The translations under genes were made by a program, and so were the position numbers. Source: Giardia intestinalis (lineage: Eukaryota). From it: a stretch of DNA of 64,000 bases. The stretch lies in the NCBI GenBank assembly GCA_000002435.2, contig CM018793.1; one strand, 5' to 3'. The notes below the pieces were generated by a model that searched no databases, had not been told where the DNA came from, and saw only the letters and a program-made list of their open reading frames with translations. This document shows, in pieces, positions 38,721-48,145 of this stretch. Within the stretch, counting starts at the first letter, position 1; each line of letters begins with the position of its first letter.

Positions 38721-41700
38721 CTAGTTTACCTGCCGGAGGAGGCTCGCCAGGATCTCCTCGTCTGTGATCGCCGCATACGTCGTGATCGGGTTTTCGAGGA
38801 CCGTCCGGAGCGCCGTGTAGATGTCGCGCAACGAGGAGCGGCGCCCCCGCGGCAGAAACGAGAGGATGTCCTGCTCTTGGGGGCTATCGCTCTGGAGGAT
38901 CCCCACAACATCGACCGGCCCCGTGATCATCTCGATCCCCTCGCGGATGCGCCTCGTCAGGAGCGTGTCGTCGAAGAGGCCGGGCTGATAGGCGGTGTTC
39001 GCAGGGTGCTCCTCCTCGATATCAGAAATCTCCTGTATGTAGTCTGTCCCGGTGAGGAATGTGTTAGCACCAGTGAAAGACGGGCCTGGAAACGGAACGC
39101 CCTCCTTGGAGTTCTCCGGCTCGGCAACAAAGACGTCCGTTGCATATCGCGGAGGCGCAGACTGTGCACGTAGAATATCGACACGCTTCCCATCATTAGC
39201 CGATTGGATACTGTGTGCCGCAACAAACCTTTCATGCTCCACTATCTGGGCGCTCTTGATTGCCCCATCAAATGGCTCTGTATCACTGGGGTCGCTGATA
39301 TCACTAACATCATCAATCAGCGAAAGGCGCTGAGGGTAAAGACTGGCAGGCGCACTCTTGTTGAGCACTCCACAAATTGATGTACGAACAAAGCTGGTGA
39401 CGAGCTCTGCAGCTAGCGTCTCATCGGTCAGGTCCATGTCTTGCACCACACCTCCTTTTGAAATGGCTTTATCGTGGATTGAGTATGGAGCGGGGAACGA
39501 GGCATCAAAGGTCCCGCGGTCTTCGCTCTGCAAATGAAGCTTGTATACCATTAGAGGAGACTCCTCCCCGCTGTGTATATCTATACTTGGCTTTGGTACT
39601 GTGCTACGTTTAGGGGTATGCATGTTATCCTGCGCAAAAGTTGAGTCGGAGCTGAGGTTGTCTGAAATATTTCCTGCCGTAATCGAAGAAGCCCTCTTTC
39701 CATACAGCATGGGATAGGTATGTGATTGAGTACCGACTGGCGACTTGACCGACGCAAGAGCCCTCATGATGATACTGTTGTCTGCATATTTCTCTCTAGC
39801 TGCCACAAGATACTCGTCCACTGCTGTCTGCCCGGTGCCTAAGACTAAATTGCGGCGGGTGCTATCTGGCCGTTTGTAAAGCGGTGACCTTGGGGGAGAC
39901 TTCGTATTCGGCAATGGGCTCTTAGAAAACTTCTGGGTTCCATTAGGAACGGCCGAGAAAGGCACCGGGGTAAGGCCGAGTCTAGTGGGGTCTCCCGTAA
40001 TATCGCTGCTGGCTGACGGTGCAGAAAGGCCCAAGGTTGGCGCAGCTACGATACTAGCAGCCGGTGCTCCAATCCCTCCCAGTATGGCAGCAATTGAGAG
40101 GGAGGACTTGCTTGCTCTAGAGGCTCGAGTTTTATTGCTCAGCCCACTATCCCTGCCCGTTGAGATAGAGCCATGTGAGCTACGACTCTGCTGAGAGTTG
40201 GTCTTTGCAGAGCCGGGGATATGCATTGTGTCGGCTGTCGTTATCAAGTAGGAGGAAAGCGGCTTTGCTGCTGAAATAACGGACTTTGATGCTGGACCTG
40301 TCCCCGTAGACTTAAAATCAGCGCCAAAAGACACGGAAGAAGATTGATCAGCTTCGTCCGACACAAGCTTGAGCTTCTCCATTGCAGTGTTAATAGTGTC
40401 TAGCACAGATTCAGTAATTGTCGTCTTCTGATTAAACTTATCCAAATCAGTGTATTCTAAGCCTTCTAGGTCGTTGGTGAGCTGTCGCAACGAAGAGGCG
40501 ACATCGGTGACGCCAGAGGCAGAATCACAGCGAAGCTTTGATACACCTGGGATCTTAGGAAGCGACGTATCAATCTTGATGGGAGCCGATTCACCAGAGC
40601 GGAGTGCGTGTCTAATGCCGGAACTCTGAAACAGGGAAATCTCGATGGTTCTAAATGTGGTTTCCGGCTGAAAATAAGGATTGCGTGACTCGCTGATAAG
40701 ATTCCCGTCGAAATCTAACCAGAGAAAATGGACCGGACCCTCTTTGGTAGAAACGGTGCCAATACTATTGTGTGCTCGAATAATGCTAAGATTCTTACTT
40801 GGTGCATGCAAAGCATACGACCTTAGGTGGTCTACACAACCTATGCCAGGGTTATCGGACAAATCAAGCTCAACTATAGTTGAAAGTTCCAAGAGAGAAC
40901 TGAGGAATGAGTGGTGCACGTTGCATCCCCGAACAGAGAGTCTCTCAAGATTAGGAAACGCCTTGGCAATTGCAGAGAAGAAACTCGAATTTATAGGAAT
41001 TCCGTCCATTACCAGGGTCGTGGTACTAGTAACAACAGGTATGTTAGCATGTCCTGAAGGAACAAATTGGTCTGTGACCCCTAGAAGAGGAAAAATGTAT
41101 CCATTATTTGTATAGGGCGGTATATTACGTACTGGACGCTCTAGCTTTAGATATTCGTCCACTGTGAGCCGTGCTTCCTCGACATTGGTTGTGGGAACCT
41201 GAAGAGAATTGTTGGAAAGAATAACCGTTTGAAGCAAGGGGAACTTAGACAATAGAGCACATAACGTATAGAAGTTCTCGATAAGATTGTTGGACAGATC
41301 TAGCACCCGGAGGGTTCTGAAAAGGTGTGCTTTTTCCAGCTTCTCTGGCGTTTGGCTGAGGAGGCCGTGAAGTTCGAGGCTCCGTTCTATCACATCATCT
41401 GTGACAAGGTTTGAGGATAATCGAAGAATGGTACAATTGAACTTTATAAAGTGATGAATCCCGAGCCTATTATCGCTAGCATCCACCTCGACAAGATTTG
41501 GCATGAGTGTCCGCATGTCAGGAAAGCCAGAGACGGCCCCGTAATTTCCCTTAGCAACGTTTAAGTGTGTTTGGACACGCAGATAGTTCTTCAAAACTTC
41601 CTTTTTCTTGACTCTAAGATCGTCTGCAGATGAAGCCACGTTTCCCAGTTGTTTGGAGAGGGCGAGGCTGTCAAATATAGACTGAGGTGTGATAGTATTC

Positions 41701-41972
41701 GGGGCTTGCATTTGCTTGACTGTTGAAGAGCTGCACTTCTTGGACGACTTCTCCAGACCTAGTGTACTTTTCTGGGAGGCGTTACTTATTTGCGAAGATG
41801 AAGTATGTGCACGTTCCTGAGATTGGATGTCGAGATCGTGTGTCCCGATACTAAAAACCTCTTTCATGCGCGGTGCAGGTCTACGCCTTGGATCAAGAAG
41901 CTGCTTTCCAAGTGGTGGCACGTCTGGGCGGTGCTGAGACTTGGTTGTTGCATTGGAGTTAAACGGGACCAT
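38721..41972 (-). CDS. Leucine-rich-repeat protein with a long Ser-rich disordered C-terminal region, about 1083 aa
   Basis: The track start at 42098 is TTG. In-frame ATGs lie at 42002 and 41972. The ATG at 41972 is preceded on the minus strand by AT-rich agagcaaaaaataaaagctc and avoids overlap with the divergent gene. LRRs include LRVLDLSNNLIENF, VILSNNSLQ and VELDLSDNPGIG. Confidence 0.6.
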   Translation of the reverse strand: MVPFNSNATTKSQHRPDVPPLGKQLLDPRRRPAPRMKEVFSIGTHDLDIQSQERAHTSSSQISNASQKSTLGLEKSSKKCSSSTVKQMQAPNTITPQSIFDSLALSKQLGNVASSADDLRVKKKEVLKNYLRVQTHLNVAKGNYGAVSGFPDMRTLMPNLVEVDASDNRLGIHHFIKFNCTILRLSSNLVTDDVIERSLELHGLLSQTPEKLEKAHLFRTLRVLDLSNNLIENFYTLCALLSKFPLLQTVILSNNSLQVPTTNVEEARLTVDEYLKLERPVRNIPPYTNNGYIFPLLGVTDQFVPSGHANIPVVTSTTTLVMDGIPINSSFFSAIAKAFPNLERLSVRGCNVHHSFLSSLLELSTIVELDLSDNPGIGCVDHLRSYALHAPSKNLSIIRAHNSIGTVSTKEGPVHFLWLDFDGNLISESRNPYFQPETTFRTIEISLFQSSGIRHALRSGESAPIKIDTSLPKIPGVSKLRCDSASGVTDVASSLRQLTNDLEGLEYTDLDKFNQKTTITESVLDTINTAMEKLKLVSDEADQSSSVSFGADFKSTGTGPASKSVISAAKPLSSYLITTADTMHIPGSAKTNSQQSRSSHGSISTGRDSGLSNKTRASRASKSSLSIAAILGGIGAPAASIVAAPTLGLSAPSASSDITGDPTRLGLTPVPFSAVPNGTQKFSKSPLPNTKSPPRSPLYKRPDSTRRNLVLGTGQTAVDEYLVAAREKYADNSIIMRALASVKSPVGTQSHTYPMLYGKRASSITAGNISDNLSSDSTFAQDNMHTPKRSTVPKPSIDIHSGEESPLMVYKLHLQSEDRGTFDASFPAPYSIHDKAISKGGVVQDMDLTDETLAAELVTSFVRTSICGVLNKSAPASLYPQRLSLIDDVSDISDPSDTEPFDGAIKSAQIVEHERFVAAHSIQSANDGKRVDILRAQSAPPRYATDVFVAEPENSKEGVPFPGPSFTGANTFLTGTDYIQEISDIEEEHPANTAYQPGLFDDTLLTRRIREGIEMITGPVDVVGILQSDSPQEQDILSFLPRGRRSSLRDIYTALRTVLENPITTYAAITDEEILASLLRQVN

Positions 41973-42000
41973 ATGAGCTTTTATTTTTTGCTCTGAAATC

Positions 42001-42456
42001 ATGGGAACTGGTGCGAAGCAGAAAGACGCATCAAAAGCGACGCCATCGGGGCACAAGGAGCGGCCCAACAAGTCTGACAAGCGTAAGAACTCTTTCAAGG
42101 CGTCCCATGCAAAGCGGCTGGAAGATGCAATAGCCTGGATGTATCACTGGCACACAGACAGAAGCACCTGGACCTTCGACAAGAAGCAGCAGACGTTGCT
42201 TGTGCAGGCATGGATGGACTCAGAGCGCATGCCCAAGGACACCTTTGCCGTCTTCTGCCTTTTTGCCGCGGGAAGTGAGGCGGAAGCCTTCAAGCGCCGC
42301 TTGTTGCAGGAGGCAGAAGTCATGCTCACTCGCTACAGAAACAACAAGGAAAACGAAAATCTCCGGAGGCAAGCAAAGAGGGCAGTCAAATTGAAGGCCG
42401 CCCTCAGCAGCGGGAAGAATGATCCTGAGGCCCAGCTCCTGGCGGACGAGGTATAG
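42001..42456 (+). CDS. Small basic WKF-domain (C7orf50 / DUF2373-like) protein
   Basis: 151 aa with a Lys-rich N-terminus. The motif WTFDKKQQTLLVQAWMD fits the WKF-domain consensus (W-K/T-F-x-K-x-x-Q-x-x-L...W). AT-rich start context; AGTAAAT overlaps the stop codon (42455-42461). Confidence 0.5.
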   Translation: MGTGAKQKDASKATPSGHKERPNKSDKRKNSFKASHAKRLEDAIAWMYHWHTDRSTWTFDKKQQTLLVQAWMDSERMPKDTFAVFCLFAAGSEAEAFKRRLLQEAEVMLTRYRNNKENENLRRQAKRAVKLKAALSSGKNDPEAQLLADEV

Positions 42457-42468
42457 TAAATGAGACGC

Positions 42469-43041
42469 TTATACCATCTTATGTCGTGCTACGTATCGTA
42501 CTGGCAGTCTACGCTGCCGGTGCTTGATCTTTGAGCCTCCGGCAAAGATTAATATGAGGCTTGAGAAGAGGGCTAGCACAAGTACAACAAGTGATATCAC
42601 TAAAGTCTTACGAATGGTGGCGAGGTTGCTTTTTAGTTGCCGCCTTTCAAAACAATACAGGCTATCTCCGTCGCGTGCGCAATGGACACATCCAGGTATT
42701 CCAGCAACCACTCCGTGACTTGTTGAGCAAGGAATGCACAAGCCTGATGCCTCCGTAAACGCCGGGTAGTAGCCCTGAGCACATACGGTGCAACCATTTG
42801 GCTCTGCTGATCCGGTGCATGTCTCGCACGATGAATGGCATAGGGTACAGAGCCCCTTATCGAGGAAGTAGCCCTCGGGGCATATAATGGGCGGTTCAGA
42901 AGCGCGATTCCAAACACAGGCGTTGAGCCTCTGGTTAACAATGTATCCGCGCGGACATCTGACGCACTGGCCGTCCTCTTCCTCAATGCACTGAACCTCA
43001 TAGCTCAAAGCTACGCTCCAAATCAGTGCCAGAACAAGCAT
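42469..43041 (-). CDS. Small high-cysteine membrane protein (HCMP-like, CXXC repeats, one TM)
   Basis: Signal peptide MLVLALIWSVALS. CXXC/CXC motifs CVRC, CTLCHSSCETC, CTVCAQG, CIPC, CVHC. TM segment LVISLVVLVLALFSSLILIF with a basic tail. No CRGKA terminus, so not a canonical VSP. Confidence 0.7.
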   Translation of the reverse strand: MLVLALIWSVALSYEVQCIEEEDGQCVRCPRGYIVNQRLNACVWNRASEPPIICPEGYFLDKGLCTLCHSSCETCTGSAEPNGCTVCAQGYYPAFTEASGLCIPCSTSHGVVAGIPGCVHCARDGDSLYCFERRQLKSNLATIRKTLVISLVVLVLALFSSLILIFAGGSKIKHRQRRLPVRYVARHKMV

Positions 43042-43141
43042 CTTTTATTTACTAGTGTGTGATCCATGTGAACCATACTGACCTCGTGGCGAGTTCTAAA
43101 TACTAAATGCGGTGTACTAGAGAAGGACAATTAAAAATGGA

Positions 43142-46100
43142 ATGAGGTTATTATTGCTTCTTGGCTTAATTATTCAGGGCACCACTGGCGTTATATGTAC
43201 AGATGAGATTCTAATATATGACCATGAGGACTTTGCCTTGATACAAAGCTGTCCCAATTCTAAGTTCCTACTGATGAATGATATTGCCGTTGTGGGCCCC
43301 ATGCCCATAATTCCCATCTTCAAGGGCACCTTTGACGGCCAGGGGTTCTCTGTTGGTGGTATTGTCGTTTCAGAGTTATATGATAAAGCAGCTCTTTTTG
43401 ACACATTTTCAGGGTCAATGCGCAACGTTACCCTCTCAACCATGGTAAGTGTCGTTAATTCAGAAGCTAAATTCATCTCTGGGTTTGCAATAGAGCTTGC
43501 AGATGCGTACTTTTATGACGTGAACATCACTACTACTATTACCGTTAAGGATTGCATAGCAGGAACTGTTATTGGTGGACTTCTCTCTTCCACATCCGAA
43601 ACAGCACCGGGGCTTGTGGTCGCCTCATCTATTACAGTCATGAACTGTGAATGTGTGGTTGGAGGCGCCATTGGCCAATTAGATAGCAACTATACCACCC
43701 TGCTTCCCTCTTACTGGTCTTCTCCCATCACTGTATACTCCACCATACAGTTGTACAATTCTTCTAGTACCGTTGGTGGCTATATTGGGATTTCTGAAAA
43801 AAACATTCACTCCCTTGTCCTCAGGGCCTCAATTGAGGTCTTAGGGAATAGCAGTCACAACTGTGTGATTGGTGGGGTTGTTGGAGACATTAGAGGGGCG
43901 GTTATTCACTCTAATATAACGTTGCTTAAGATGTACGTCAGTGGGTGTGCAAATAATGAAAAGTCTGTTATCGGTGGAATAGGCCCCTCTCTGGTGTGCT
44001 CCTTCCCCAATTGCACCATAGTCGAGGATATTAAGCTGTACATAAACCTCTTCTACACAGATGGTCTCTCAAATGCTTGTATTGGGGGTTGCTTTGGACT
44101 AGTAGACCAAGTGTCTCTTTCTTACCTCCATCTGCGCTTCTCACACGTAGAGGTAGAGTCGCGTTTTGGAGGCATTGCATCCACTATCAACTGCACGAAC
44201 ATTGACCAGGCTGCAATCTCAATTGATTACATTACATGGGTTGACTCGACAACGGATCCATTTTTAATAGGAGGATTTGGGGCTCTCGTAGACAACTACA
44301 CAACCATAGAAAATTCACTGGTTACAGTGGGTGAGGTGAACCTCAACTATACATCCATTAATCCTAGTTACTTTGGTGGGTTCGTGGCAAATGCTTCAAA
44401 GCTCCTCATTTCAAATTCTTACGCAATGATTTTTCTTGCCGTCCTTAATACCTCCCAAGTTGTCGGAGCCAACTCTTCGTTTGGCATTATGCTTGGGCGG
44501 ATCACTTGTAACACTGACGAACAAATACGAATCATTTCATCCTTTGTTGCAGCTGACACAATTCTTGCAAATGGGCATGGTTCGGAGCTCTTTAATATCG
44601 GAGGATTTGCAGGACACCTTCTAAATCCTACCACCAACGGGCAGTGCTTTGTGTTGGCGAATTCGTGGTCATCTATTAAGTTTCGCATCAATGAGATCAG
44701 GAGAGGCTCTGGGTCGCCTTTTGCTGTAGGGGCACTGATAGGTAACCCGGGAGACTCTTCGTTTCTCATCACAGATGTCTATGTCAAGGCTTACTTTGAC
44801 GTGGTTAACATTCAGCAATATAAATATAATAATAACAACAATGATGGAAAGTACAACGCAATAGGAATATTAACAGGGTTCTATAGCGAAAGTGCCGCCA
44901 CACCTACCAAGAAGCAGATGCAGATCTACAGAGTTATATGCCAAGTAGATGTTCTGTTTGAAGAAAACTTTGCAAGAAACATATACTATGTGCCCAGTGA
45001 GCCTGTTTGTCTTCTCTGCAGTGATATCTTCATTACTAATACCTCTAGCCACTTCTATGGATACGGATCAAAGGGAACATACTTGGCCGACCCACTAGAG
45101 ATGCAGCAGCGCGACTTCTACACCAACTTCCTGTTTGGTGAGGACCAGATTTGGCAGTACAACCTCGACTTATACCCCTACCACACCTCCCTTCCGTTCC
45201 TCTTCCACCACCTTTCTGATTTCAGTTCCGATAGTACGAGTATTAGGTTCATCACGCCAATCTGTAATCATCATCTCTGCTGGAACTATACTCATGTGTG
45301 GAATGGGCAGCGCTCAATGACTGTTCTGAATCTTCAATACCTGAGCAACCAATGCTATATTGAGAACTGCATCCTTTGTTCTCCCAGTAGCTCATACGTG
45401 TGTATGAAGTGTGCCAGCGGGTACATTTCAAATGCGAGCGGTGACACCTGCCTAGAGTGTCACAGTAGCTGCATGAAGTGCAGCATCCCTGACCTGTCAA
45501 ATCAATGCATAAGCTGTGCTGTCTATGGAGAGGTCTTCTTTAATGAACGGTGCATTCCCAATCCCTATACCTGCAATCTGCCATATTGTCTTCTCTGCAG
45601 CTTTACCAGTGCACGGAGCTGCGCTGTGTGTGTTCCTGGTAAAGGGGTCCAGGAGGAGAACGGCTACTGCACAATCTGTAAAAGTGATTGCTATACATGC
45701 TCGTTATCTCAAAAGTGCTCTAGCTGTAGTAACTACACAAGGGAGGCTTTACAGGGATTCTGTGAGTATAGTGACACAGGGTGCTACAACACGTGCAAGT
45801 TCTGCAAAAGCGACAATCTTGAAATGTGCTTAAAGTGCAGCAATAACAGCTACACGTTAGATGAATATGGAAACTGCCAGAAACAGCCAATTCCGTTTTG
45901 TATGGTCTATAATTGTGCAATATGCAGCTCAGCAGATAACTTTATTTGTAATGTATGCAAAAACGGATACTACTTGACCAAGAATAGACTGTGCAAAGCC
46001 TGCGAGGAACACTGCGCTGTGTGCTCTTCATACAGCGTCTGCCTCGAGTGCATGAATCCAAAGACCAGGCCCATAGCGGGGATATGTAACTACTCAACTA

Positions 46101-46357
46101 ACTGTAGCATTAGTGGCTGTTCTGTCTGCACACTAGGCGTTGAATCCAGTTGCTTGACGTGCGATACTGGTTACGTTCTAACCGATAACACCTGCCAGCA
46201 GCTGGTAAATAACCATCTAAGACAGGTCACAGTCGCACGAATGACAGCAGCAATCTTGGCGATGATAGCTATTACCATCAACATCGCTTATCCTTTGATA
46301 CGCTATCGCAAGTACTTGAGGGACGAGACTGCTCCTTTGCAACCAGAACCTTCTTAA
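43142..46357 (+). CDS. Chimeric surface protein: signal peptide, about 700 aa GG-motif beta-solenoid-like repeat domain, HCMP-type CXXC-rich region, then TM anchor
   Basis: Signal peptide MRLLLLLGLIIQG. About 12 repeats spaced roughly 35 aa apart, each centred on hydrophobic-GG-x-hydrophobic-G (SVGGIVV, VIGGLLS, VVGGAIG, TVGGYIG, VIGGVVG, VIGGIGP, CIGGCFG, RFGGIAS, LIGGFGA, YFGGFVA, NIGGFAG). From about aa 700 the region is dense in CXXC (CILCSPSSSYVCMKCASGY, CLECHSSCMKC...). TM segment AAILAMIAITINIAYPLI followed by RYRKY. Confidence 0.7.
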   Translation: MRLLLLLGLIIQGTTGVICTDEILIYDHEDFALIQSCPNSKFLLMNDIAVVGPMPIIPIFKGTFDGQGFSVGGIVVSELYDKAALFDTFSGSMRNVTLSTMVSVVNSEAKFISGFAIELADAYFYDVNITTTITVKDCIAGTVIGGLLSSTSETAPGLVVASSITVMNCECVVGGAIGQLDSNYTTLLPSYWSSPITVYSTIQLYNSSSTVGGYIGISEKNIHSLVLRASIEVLGNSSHNCVIGGVVGDIRGAVIHSNITLLKMYVSGCANNEKSVIGGIGPSLVCSFPNCTIVEDIKLYINLFYTDGLSNACIGGCFGLVDQVSLSYLHLRFSHVEVESRFGGIASTINCTNIDQAAISIDYITWVDSTTDPFLIGGFGALVDNYTTIENSLVTVGEVNLNYTSINPSYFGGFVANASKLLISNSYAMIFLAVLNTSQVVGANSSFGIMLGRITCNTDEQIRIISSFVAADTILANGHGSELFNIGGFAGHLLNPTTNGQCFVLANSWSSIKFRINEIRRGSGSPFAVGALIGNPGDSSFLITDVYVKAYFDVVNIQQYKYNNNNNDGKYNAIGILTGFYSESAATPTKKQMQIYRVICQVDVLFEENFARNIYYVPSEPVCLLCSDIFITNTSSHFYGYGSKGTYLADPLEMQQRDFYTNFLFGEDQIWQYNLDLYPYHTSLPFLFHHLSDFSSDSTSIRFITPICNHHLCWNYTHVWNGQRSMTVLNLQYLSNQCYIENCILCSPSSSYVCMKCASGYISNASGDTCLECHSSCMKCSIPDLSNQCISCAVYGEVFFNERCIPNPYTCNLPYCLLCSFTSARSCAVCVPGKGVQEENGYCTICKSDCYTCSLSQKCSSCSNYTREALQGFCEYSDTGCYNTCKFCKSDNLEMCLKCSNNSYTLDEYGNCQKQPIPFCMVYNCAICSSADNFICNVCKNGYYLTKNRLCKACEEHCAVCSSYSVCLECMNPKTRPIAGICNYSTNCSISGCSVCTLGVESSCLTCDTGYVLTDNTCQQLVNNHLRQVTVARMTAAILAMIAITINIAYPLIRYRKYLRDETAPLQPEPS

Positions 46358-47984
46358 AGCAGGTAGATAGGAAAGCCAGAAGCATCAATCCAGAGAAGAG
46401 GACAAACATCATCCACATGTAGAGCCAGAGTTCTGTTTTCTCCTGTGCTACGAGTACACACGAAGAGTTTCCATGACTATCTATGTTTAGCTGATAACCG
46501 TCTAGACATGTCTGGCACTGCACGCTACTCTCCTCTTTAAAGAAGTAGACACAGTTTGGGATCGTCAGCTCACAAGTATTGTGGGTATTATTCAGGTAGT
46601 AGGTGATTGCGCAGCTTGTGCAAACTATTTCCTGTGTGCTAAGAGCTCCGCTTGCCGGGACACACGTTCGACAATTTGGTACAACCCTCGAGCAGGCAAC
46701 GCACTCTCCATTCTTCAGGTAATATCCAACTATGCACTCTGTGCACTCTATGTCACTATCCCTTGAGATAGTGCACTTTGTGCAGCCAAGGAGATATGCT
46801 CTGCAAAAGACACATGTGCGATTGACCAGGACATACCCATCCATGCAAGCACTACAAGAGTCGATGTGATACTGTTTGCATCTCTTGGGATTACTTTGCA
46901 GCTTTTCACATTTATTGTTCTTCGCGAGATAGTATCCATTTTTACAGGCAAAGCACGTAATGGTCCCGTCATTTAAAGAGCACTCTGCACACTTTTCTAC
47001 CACTGTCGCACATAGCACGCATGTTGCACCAGTACCAGGGTTAATTAAATAGAAGCCGGAAATGCACTCTGTGCAATATGGTTTAAGGCCATATACACAG
47101 CTCTTGCAGCCTCCACTTATCGCCAAACAGCTCCTGCACTTGCCATCGACAAACGTCATCCCCGACTTGCAGACTGTGCAGGTGGGATTCGGGCTTGACA
47201 CACACATTGTACAATAAGGATCTATCTCTGTGCAATTGCTGCAGCTATTCTTGGCAATCATTTGCAGTCCTTCGTTGCATGCAAGGCAAGTTACTTTATC
47301 CTTTGTCTCGAAGGCGCATACCGTACAATTTGGTATGACGTTATGACAAAATTCACATACGTCTGTTGTGGATACTGCAGCCGTTTTCTCAATAAGCCCA
47401 TACCCAAACCTACATTTGATGCAGCGCGGTTCGGAGCCTTCCATTTTACACTCTTCGCAATCAGGAAATATGTCCTCACAGAATACACAGCTGCCATCGT
47501 GGATCACTACATAATTGTCAATACACTTGTTGCAGTTGTAGACCAGCTGCGCTTTTGAGAAGGAGCATTCCAGGCAATTTGGGATCTGAATACGACAGTT
47601 GATGCACTTTGATCCATCGAGCCTGCCTACTGCATAACTATACTCGCAGGTATTACACACTATAGTCTGGTCTTTCAGCTGTATGCAAGAGTCGCAATTA
47701 TTGATATATTCTTCGCACAGGGAACATCCACCCGCAAAGTCAAGAAACGACCTATATGCGCATTCGGTGCATTCTACTGTAAACGAGTCTCTGTAGTAAA
47801 AGCAAGGCAAGAGCCCCGGGCCAGGGGTCTTTGAGCAAACGTCTGGGTCTGTTGGGAAGCTTAAACACGTACACTTAGTACAGTTCACAACAAAGTCCTC
47901 GCACTTAGCAGGAAGGCAGTCGTAGACATCCCTTGTGTCCCCGCCGGTTGCCAGGAGGAGTTCTCGCTGTGGAGGCAGGCCCAT
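46278..47984 (-). CDS. High-cysteine membrane protein (HCMP / VSP-like, CXXC-rich) lacking an N-terminal signal peptide
   Basis: More than 25 CXXC motifs. C-terminal TM MWMMFVLFSGLMLLAFLSTCF plus a short tail with no CRGKA. The track start is GTG at 47987, and the ATG at 47982-47984 gives MGLPPQRELLLATGGD... with no hydrophobic leader. Its 3' end overlaps the convergent gene 43142..46357 by 80 bp. Confidence 0.6.
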   Translation of the reverse strand: MGLPPQRELLLATGGDTRDVYDCLPAKCEDFVVNCTKCTCLSFPTDPDVCSKTPGPGLLPCFYYRDSFTVECTECAYRSFLDFAGGCSLCEEYINNCDSCIQLKDQTIVCNTCEYSYAVGRLDGSKCINCRIQIPNCLECSFSKAQLVYNCNKCIDNYVVIHDGSCVFCEDIFPDCEECKMEGSEPRCIKCRFGYGLIEKTAAVSTTDVCEFCHNVIPNCTVCAFETKDKVTCLACNEGLQMIAKNSCSNCTEIDPYCTMCVSSPNPTCTVCKSGMTFVDGKCRSCLAISGGCKSCVYGLKPYCTECISGFYLINPGTGATCVLCATVVEKCAECSLNDGTITCFACKNGYYLAKNNKCEKLQSNPKRCKQYHIDSCSACMDGYVLVNRTCVFCRAYLLGCTKCTISRDSDIECTECIVGYYLKNGECVACSRVVPNCRTCVPASGALSTQEIVCTSCAITYYLNNTHNTCELTIPNCVYFFKEESSVQCQTCLDGYQLNIDSHGNSSCVLVAQEKTELWLYMWMMFVLFSGLMLLAFLSTCFKKVLVAKEQSRPSSTCDSVSKDKRC

Positions 47985-48145
47985 CACAGAAAATGAAAAG
48001 GACTTCCATGAGGCACTGTCCTCTATTTACTCGCCAGAGTAGAAAATCCTGAATAAGTATTGATACAGTTCTACGTCTTTTGAACACTGAGTTGTGTTTC
48101 ATCTTAACTAAAGTACTGGCCGTCTGTGGAGCAAGTTGGTGGAGA

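Noticed and set aside
38718-39173. Arg-rich 151-codon ORF on the + strand
   Set aside because: It is antisense to the 3' end of the LRR gene 38721..41972. Its composition is Arg/Asp-rich low complexity, as expected for the complement of a Ser-rich coding region.
42469-47987. Calling the Cys-rich genes variant-specific surface proteins (VSPs)
   Set aside because: None of the three ends in the invariant VSP C-terminus CRGKA; the tails are ...HKMV, ...LQPEPS and ...KDKRC. They are better described as HCMP-family genes.
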